Source of the DNA: Dehalococcoidia bacterium
Lineage (GTDB): Bacteria > Chloroflexota > Dehalococcoidia > UBA2979
DNA: 64,000 bases
Direction of reading: 5' to 3'
Assembly: GCA_965262725.1 (NCBI GenBank)
Contig: OZ253555.1
Location: forward strand, 1,856,001-1,920,000
Under the pieces are notes generated by a model that saw only the letters and a program-made list of their open reading frames with translations, did no database searches and was not told the origin of the DNA. The position numbers and the translations under genes are program-made. Below are positions 60,150-64,000 of this stretch, in pieces (the stretch's first letter is position 1; every line of letters starts with the position of its first letter).

Positions 60150-60355
60150 GCTAGACCCACGGGGCTGCTCCGCAACGAGCTAATGGCACGGTGCTCTACC
60201 GGCACGACACCCCATCAGTGCATCGCAGGCCCGAACGAACCAGCCGGGGCACGGTCTACCACTGGAGGTCGCAATCGCCTCAGCTATTACTAGTGCTCTC
60301 CGGCTGGCGGGTCCGGAACCAGTCTCCCGGATCGCTCTGGTCCTCTGGTTCGGCT
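60150..60355 (-). ncRNA. Predicted IS110 bridge RNA
   Basis: Two internal-loop stems holding sequences that match this element's target (GTAATAGCT, GTGGTAG) and donor (ATGGGGTGTC, CCATTAG); RNA ends approximate. Confidence 0.85.
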
Positions 60356-60964
60356 CCCATTAGCTGTAGCTGGTGAAGAGCGCGAGCTGGGAGCCGGGCG
60401 CCGGCTTCACGCGCCGCACGATAAGCCGCACCGGGGCAGCGTCCTCCCTGTGCCGGAACGGGGTGTAGGTCGTCTCGGCGACAGCGGCGCCGTCATCCAG
60501 CCAGTACGGGATCGGCGTCCAGTCCTCTTCCGGGATCGCCTCGATCAGCGCGCGCACGTTCGGCTGCTGGCGGATCGTGACCGAGAAGCGGACATCCAGC
60601 GCGCGGCAGGCGGCGACGACGGCGTGGGTGTAGAAGCCGCTGTCGGCGCGCATCGTCAGCTGCCCGCTCGCTCCGGCGCCGCGCACCCGCGCCACCGTCT
60701 CACGCAGGAAGTGGGCGGCGCCGCGGCCGCTGCTCGCGCGGCCCTCGCGCAGCCGCGCCATCAGCACCTCGCCTGAGCCGGCCGCCACCGCGAGCAGCGG
60801 GTGATAGCCGCGCGCGCCGCTGTAGCCGGGCTGCCGGGCGCCCTCCTTCGCCAGGCCGTAGGTCTCGCAGAGCGTCGAATCGAGGTCGATCGTGAACGGC
60901 TGGGAATGACAACTCCATTTGGCCCCACCTTGATCCTTGAAACTGGCCCCACCCCCGGGTGTGG

Positions 60965-61747
60965 TCAGCTGGTTGGTGCACCTCCCTTCGTGGCGGCGGT
61001 GACCCGCAGGCGATAGGAGTCGCTGCCGGTCTCGATGATGTGGGCGCGGAAGGTGAGGCGGTCGACGACCGCGGCGGCGAGGCGCGCGTCGGTGAAGGTG
61101 CGGCCCCACTCCGAGAACGGCGCATTGGAGGCGACCGCCACCGAGGCCCGCTCCTCGCGCTCGGTCAGGATCTGGAAGAGCAACTCGGCGCCGCGCGGGT
61201 CGAGGTGGACGTAGCCGAACTCGTCGAGGCACAGCAGGTCGAGCCGCCCGTAGCGGGCGACCAGGCGCGAGAGCGTGCGCTCGTCGGCCGCCTCGGCCAG
61301 TTCGTTCACGAGCTGTGCCGCCGTCGTGTAGCGCACCCGCAGCCCGCGCTGGCAGGCGGCCATGCCGAGGCCGATCAGCAGATGCGACTTGCCGGTACCG
61401 CTGTCGCCGAGCAGCACGACGGGCTCGCCCTGGGCGATCCACTCGCCGCGTTCGAGTGTGGCGAGCAGCGCCGGGTCGACGCTGGGCGCCGCCGCCAGGT
61501 CGAAGTCGGCGAGGTACTTGAGGCGTGGGAAGCGCGCCTCGCGGATGCGGCGCTCGCGGCGGCGCTCGTCGCGGTCGTCGAGTTCGGCCTGGAGCACCTC
61601 GGCGAGGTAGCCGAGATGGCTGAGCCGCTCGCGCAGCGCGGCCTCGGCGAGCGCAGCGGCCTGCTGGCGCACAGTCGGGAGGTGCAGCTCCCGGCTGGTC
61701 GCCTCGACCGTCAGCGCCGCCGCCTGCTCGGTCACGGGCGCGCTCAT
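60965..61747 (-). CDS. istB: IS21 helper ATPase
   Basis: GDSGTGKSHL, LCLDEFGY, SNAPFSEW, AVVDRL. Confidence 0.96.
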   Translation of the reverse strand: MSAPVTEQAAALTVEATSRELHLPTVRQQAAALAEAALRERLSHLGYLAEVLQAELDDRDERRRERRIREARFPRLKYLADFDLAAAPSVDPALLATLERGEWIAQGEPVVLLGDSGTGKSHLLIGLGMAACQRGLRVRYTTAAQLVNELAEAADERTLSRLVARYGRLDLLCLDEFGYVHLDPRGAELLFQILTEREERASVAVASNAPFSEWGRTFTDARLAAAVVDRLTFRAHIIETGSDSYRLRVTAATKGGAPTS

Positions 61748-63273
61748 CGGGCGCTCCCGGCGAGCAGCGCGTCGTAGCCGGCCAGGGCCGGGGCCGGGCG
61801 GTCGAAGCGCCGCAGCGCCGGCCGCTCCACGACGGCGCGCTCGCGGCGGCCGTCGGCGATGCGGCGCGCCTCGATAGCCACCAGCGCCGGGTTCACCGAG
61901 CCCACGCGCTCCACCGCATCGAGCGCGGCGTGCACGGCCACGAAGGGCAGGTGGCGGTGCAGCAGCAGCACCTCGATCAGCGTCCGCGTCCCCTCGCGGT
62001 CACCGAGCTTGCGGCGGGTGCGCTTCCAGAAGCGTTCGTGCACGGCGGTGAAGCTCCCCGAGGCGCGCGCCTGCTCGAGCGCGACCGCGCCGGGCAGCGC
62101 GCCGGGCTTGCGTGATAGCACCTCGAGGAAGTGGTCGAGCACGAGGATCTCGGCCCCCCGGTGCGCGCTGCGCTCGTGGCGGGCGACCACCCGGCCCTCG
62201 GCGAGGGCGGTGACGGTCCCGCCGCCGAGGCGCACCTCCACCGTGCGGCCCGCGTAGGCCGCGGGCACCGAGTAGCGCGAGCCGCGCACCGCGATGCGCG
62301 CCTTGCGGTCGGCCTTCGCGCGCAGCGGGACCGTGGAGTCGAAGGCTTCGGCGGGAAGGGGCCGCAACATCGCACGCTCGGCCTCCGCCGCCTGCCCGAC
62401 GGTGGCGAGCCTGCCGGCGATGTGGCGCGCGTCGTCTGAGCGGTCGGCGGCCTCGAGCAGCGCATTCAACTCGGCCAGGCTCTCCACGCGCGGGACCGGC
62501 ACGAGGTGGCGGCGGCGGAAGCGGCCGACCTCGCCCTCCACGCCGCCCTTCTCATGCGCGCCCGCGCTGCCGGGCTCGCAGAAGAAGCTGTCGAAGCCGA
62601 AGTGCGAGCGCAGCGCGGCGAAGCGGTCGCTCTCGACGCGGTCGCGCCCGGCGAGGACGCGCACCACCGCCGCCTTGAGGTTGTCGTAGCGGACCCGCCG
62701 CGGCACGCCGCCGAGGCGCCCGAAGGCGAGCGTGTGGCCCTCGAGGAACGCCTCCTGGCCCTCGCCCGCGAAGCACACGTGGACCGCCCGCCCCGAGTGC
62801 GAGAGCCGCATCACGAACATCGGCAGCACGGTCTCGACGCCCGCCAGCCACACGCTGACCTCGCCGAAGTCCACCTCCGCCTCCTCGCCCGGGGGATGCA
62901 GCTGGGGGATCGTCACGACCTGGCGGCCGGACTCGAGCTCGCGCCGCAGGCGGGCGACGCAGGCGCGGACCGTCGCCTCGGCGACCGTCGCGCCGTACTC
63001 ATCGACGAGGCGCTCCCAGACCCGCCGCGCCGTGTGCCGCTGCTTGCGGGGCGCGCTCAGGTCGGCGACGAGCCACTCCCGGATGATCTCCACGTACGGA
63101 CCGAGCTTCGGCGCCGCTCGGGACGCCTGCTTGCGCTGCGGCGGCAGCGCCGACTGCAGCGCCTGCCGTACCGTGCGCCGATGCACGTGCTGGCGGCGCG
63201 CCAGCTCGCGTATGGCCAGCCCCTCCTCTCGCCGTGCCCGTCGGATATGCTCGAACAACTCCACCCTCGACAC
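61744..63273 (-). CDS. istA: IS21 transposase
   Basis: PRKQRHTARRVWERL, AEVDFGE, YDNLKAAV, HEKGGVEGEVG. Confidence 0.96.
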   Translation of the reverse strand: MSRVELFEHIRRARREEGLAIRELARRQHVHRRTVRQALQSALPPQRKQASRAAPKLGPYVEIIREWLVADLSAPRKQRHTARRVWERLVDEYGATVAEATVRACVARLRRELESGRQVVTIPQLHPPGEEAEVDFGEVSVWLAGVETVLPMFVMRLSHSGRAVHVCFAGEGQEAFLEGHTLAFGRLGGVPRRVRYDNLKAAVVRVLAGRDRVESDRFAALRSHFGFDSFFCEPGSAGAHEKGGVEGEVGRFRRRHLVPVPRVESLAELNALLEAADRSDDARHIAGRLATVGQAAEAERAMLRPLPAEAFDSTVPLRAKADRKARIAVRGSRYSVPAAYAGRTVEVRLGGGTVTALAEGRVVARHERSAHRGAEILVLDHFLEVLSRKPGALPGAVALEQARASGSFTAVHERFWKRTRRKLGDREGTRTLIEVLLLHRHLPFVAVHAALDAVERVGSVNPALVAIEARRIADGRRERAVVERPALRRFDRPAPALAGYDALLAGSAR

Positions 63274-63672
63274 ACTCCTCTTCTTTCGCTCGGGGGAGGT
63301 TTCAGTCGCCCGAGCGTAGCTGCTGGATGGGTCGGGGGTGGGGCCACTTCAGAGGATCAAAACGGCTCCAGGTGGGGCCAAATCAGAGTAGCGTTCCCAA
63401 ACGGCGCCGCGCCGGGTCCCGCGGTCAAGTCCAAGGTCCGCAGCCGGAAGCCAAAGCCCGCAGCCGCGTCCCTGTTCGATTGGGCGCTCGCCCTTGAGCA
63501 GGATCGGGAGGCGGAGCCGGTCGGCGGGGCGCTAGCCCCCCTGCACGTCCATGTGTGCGGCCCTTTTCTGTTGCCCATTTTCCGGTGGGGCATTGATTCC
63601 TCTTCTTCGTTCGCCCTCTTCTTCGTTCGCCCTCTTCTGCGTCAGATGGTCCCATCTGGGGAAGCGGCGGGC

Positions 63673-63870
63673 ATGGAAGCCAATAAGAGGAGACTCACTC
63701 TGGACCTGGCCTCCACCTTTCAACGTTGGCTGAAGGTCTGGCGGTCAAGGGCGTCAGCATGCGCCGGAGCGGTCAAACCGCCGTCGACCGGGAGGCCGAC
63801 GAAGGGAGAGGCTGATACCCCGTTGCTCGGCAGTGCCAACACGCGCCGGGAGCGCCTCCAAGACGATATG
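63673..63870 (+). pseudogene. Degraded small ribbon-helix-helix (CopG-like) gene
   Basis: MEANKRRLTLDL...FQRWLK, then KGVSMRR in a shifted frame. Confidence 0.4.
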
Positions 63871-64000
63871 GACGATATGCCGTCCGCCCCCGGCTGAGGG
63901 CGCGTGGCTTTAGCAGAAGGGCATGTAGCCACTGCCAACCACAGACGAGGTCAACTGGTCTTCCAGGCTGCTTGGCGCGCACCCGCTCAACAAGTTTTCG

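Larger units (their letters stand above)
58552..60361 (-). mobile_element. IS110-family element
   Basis: Flanked by duplicated core CT (AG at 58550-58551 and 60362-60363 on +); removing it restores IS1380 ...TSYSYHAF...; no terminal IRs. Confidence 0.93.
60901..63399 (-). mobile_element. IS21-family element
   Basis: TGGGAA...TTCCCA ends, repeated TGGCCCCACC boxes, 6-bp TSD AACGGC. Confidence 0.95.
58051..63422 (-). mobile_element. IS1380 copy 2, interrupted by IS110 and IS21, 5'-truncated
   Basis: Pieces 58167-58551, 60362-60900 and 63400-63422 are collinear with copy 1; right end CTCAAATCCACCGATCGAAGC at 58051. Confidence 0.92.

Overview
High-GC bacterial window. The gene content (PrgI/VirB4/pilin conjugation module, large Calx-beta-like surface protein) suggests Chloroflexota, possibly host-associated; this is inference. 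Bases 1-11.3 kb hold ordinary genes: ABC transporters, DUF402, flotillin-NfeD, HAD, GNAT, an intact AddA-like helicase-nuclease and only the 3' stump of its AddB partner. From about 11.4 kb the window is a heavily scrambled mobile island. It carries TA modules (VapBC, RelE-XRE, HicBA, an orphan CapRel-like antitoxin), a Zn-ADH, an NAD-dependent formate dehydrogenase, a katG relic, a group II intron split by IS5, an apparently complete ICE backbone (33.1-45.5 kb) plus relics of related ICEs, a 1252-aa surface protein, and many IS elements (IS256, IS5, IS1380, ISNCY/IS1202, IS630, IS21, IS110, a MITE), several nested. The clearest signal is the IS110 at 58552-60361: its target and donor guides, CT core and junction promoter can be read directly from its non-coding left end (bridge RNA). 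The most novel-looking system is the ICE, with tandem-domain Replic_Relax relaxases, atypical coupling-protein Walker A motifs, an eroded lytic transglycosylase and a phased GTTC array upstream. All family calls are by motif recognition only; no database searches were run.
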